Shown here: positions 60,376-61,101 of the stretch, piece after piece
How positions within the stretch are numbered: the stretch's first letter is position 1
Layout: each line of letters begins with the position of its first letter
DNA from: Gracilinanus agilis
Taxonomy: Eukaryota
Length of the DNA: 61,101 nucleotides
Assembly (NCBI RefSeq): GCF_016433145.1
Contig: NC_058130.1
Coordinates: 735,068,404-735,129,504 of the forward strand
Direction of reading: 5' to 3'
Notes under the pieces: generated by a model
What the model saw: only the letters and a program-made list of their open reading frames with translations
Database searches by the model: none
Told to the model about the DNA's origin: nothing
Made by a program: the position numbers and the translations under genes

Positions 60376-60580
60376 GGCAAGCCTGGGGTGCGGGAAGGAG
60401 GGCAAGCTTGAGTTAGAGAGAGAAGGCAGGCAAAGAGGAGAGAGGAAGGGCTAGGGGTAAGAAGAGGCAGGCCTGGGGTGCGGGAAAGAGGGCAAGCTTG
60501 GGTTAGAAAGAGAAAGCAGGGAGAGGAAGGGCTAGGGGGTAAGAAGGGGCAGGCCTGGGAGAAGAGGGACAAGCTTGGGG
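60376..60580. repeat. Purine-rich tandem repeat, ~82-90 bp period, ~2.3 copies
   Basis: ggca(a/g)gcctggggtgcgggaa(g/a)gagggcaagcttg(a/g)gttaga... units start at 60376, 60466 and 60548. Confidence 0.8.
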
Positions 60581-60889
60581 GAGGGGGCAGGCCCGGAAGA
60601 GAGAAACTGGAGCAGGCAGGTTTGGGAAGGACAGGCCTGGAGAGGATGGGAGGGCAGACCGGAGGGGAGAAGGCTTGGGGGGCACGTGGGAGGGGAAGGT
60701 AGGACCTGACCAGGGCAGAGGAGATAGCGAGGGCAGGCTCGGGAGTTGGGGAGGGCAAGCGGGGGTGAAAGAGGAGGAGCGGGCAAACCTGGAGGTGGCG
60801 TGGAAGGGGGCAGGTTTGAGGTGGAGAGAGAGAAGGCCGGGAGGAGAGGGTGAATGGGGAAGAGGAGAGGCCTGCGGGAAGGCAGAGGA

Positions 60890-61101
60890 CTCAGGCCTAC
60901 TGGGCCCCAGCCCGAGCACTGAGGGGCGGCGGCCCAGTCCCCGGTGCTGGTCCTAGTCCCCGGCCCCTGCGCTCACCGGCAGCCGCGGGGAGATCTCGGC
61001 CGAACAGCAGTGGCAGAAGTACCGTCCGGGTTGCGGCGAAGCCTCCGCCATTTCCCTTCCCCCCCCACCCCTCCCCCCCAGGAACCCCAGCGCGCACGCG
61101 C
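60890..61101 (-). promoter_or_regulatory. RNF126: RNF126 CpG island / proximal promoter with NRF1-type site
   Basis: CpG-dense. CGCGCACGCGC at 61091-61101 fits NRF1 YGCGCAYGCGCR, truncated by the window end. Confidence 0.7.
60977..61051 (-). CDS. RNF126: RNF126 exon 1
   Basis: [25 protein letters not shown]. gaaATGg Kozak, 75 nt, GTGAGC donor. The nine exons total 942 nt, or 313 aa. Confidence 0.97.

Noticed and set aside
60129-60956. Several 74-209 aa Pro/Ser- or Gly/Arg-rich ORFs
   Set aside because: They are translations of the purine-rich repeat in RNF126 intron 1.
1-61101. CRISPR arrays, rRNA, or prokaryotic/viral defence-type systems
   Set aside because: No regularly spaced repeat-spacer array, rRNA-like sequence or intact retroviral ORF is visible. 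Repeated motifs are dispersed SINE copies.

Overview
This is eukaryotic (mammalian) genomic DNA, almost certainly from a didelphid marsupial. It is dense in SINE1_Mdo-like and MAR1-like SINEs, MIR, L2, CR1/L3 and marsupial L1, consistent with Monodelphis or a close relative. The window holds the POLRMT-FGF22-RNF126 block that is syntenic with human 19p13.3. POLRMT coding exon 1 and its CpG promoter lie on the minus strand (ATG at 1461). FGF22 is complete on the plus strand (3 coding exons, 186 aa). RNF126 is complete on the minus strand (9 coding exons, 313 aa, 23.6 kb intron 1). All splice junctions were read from the sequence and the frames close. Between FGF22 and RNF126 lie a decayed, intronless, 5'-truncated KNSTRN (SKAP) retrocopy and a nested stack of transposons. 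I found no CRISPR array, rRNA, true tRNA or prokaryotic feature, and no clearly new protein-coding system. The most interesting leads are regulatory: (1) two hAT-type MITEs carrying a CTCF core motif in convergent orientation around the RNF126 coding block; (2) a strong-Kozak in-frame uORF and a candidate MIR-derived 5'UTR intron in FGF22; (3) an RNA G-quadruplex motif ending 2 nt before the RNF126 AUG; (4) a cluster of AAGGTCA (ERR-type) half-sites around POLRMT exon 1; (5) a consensus splice donor built into the 3' end of the young SINE family. Gene, protein and repeat names come from recalled sequence similarity, not database searches. Repeat boundaries are approximate.
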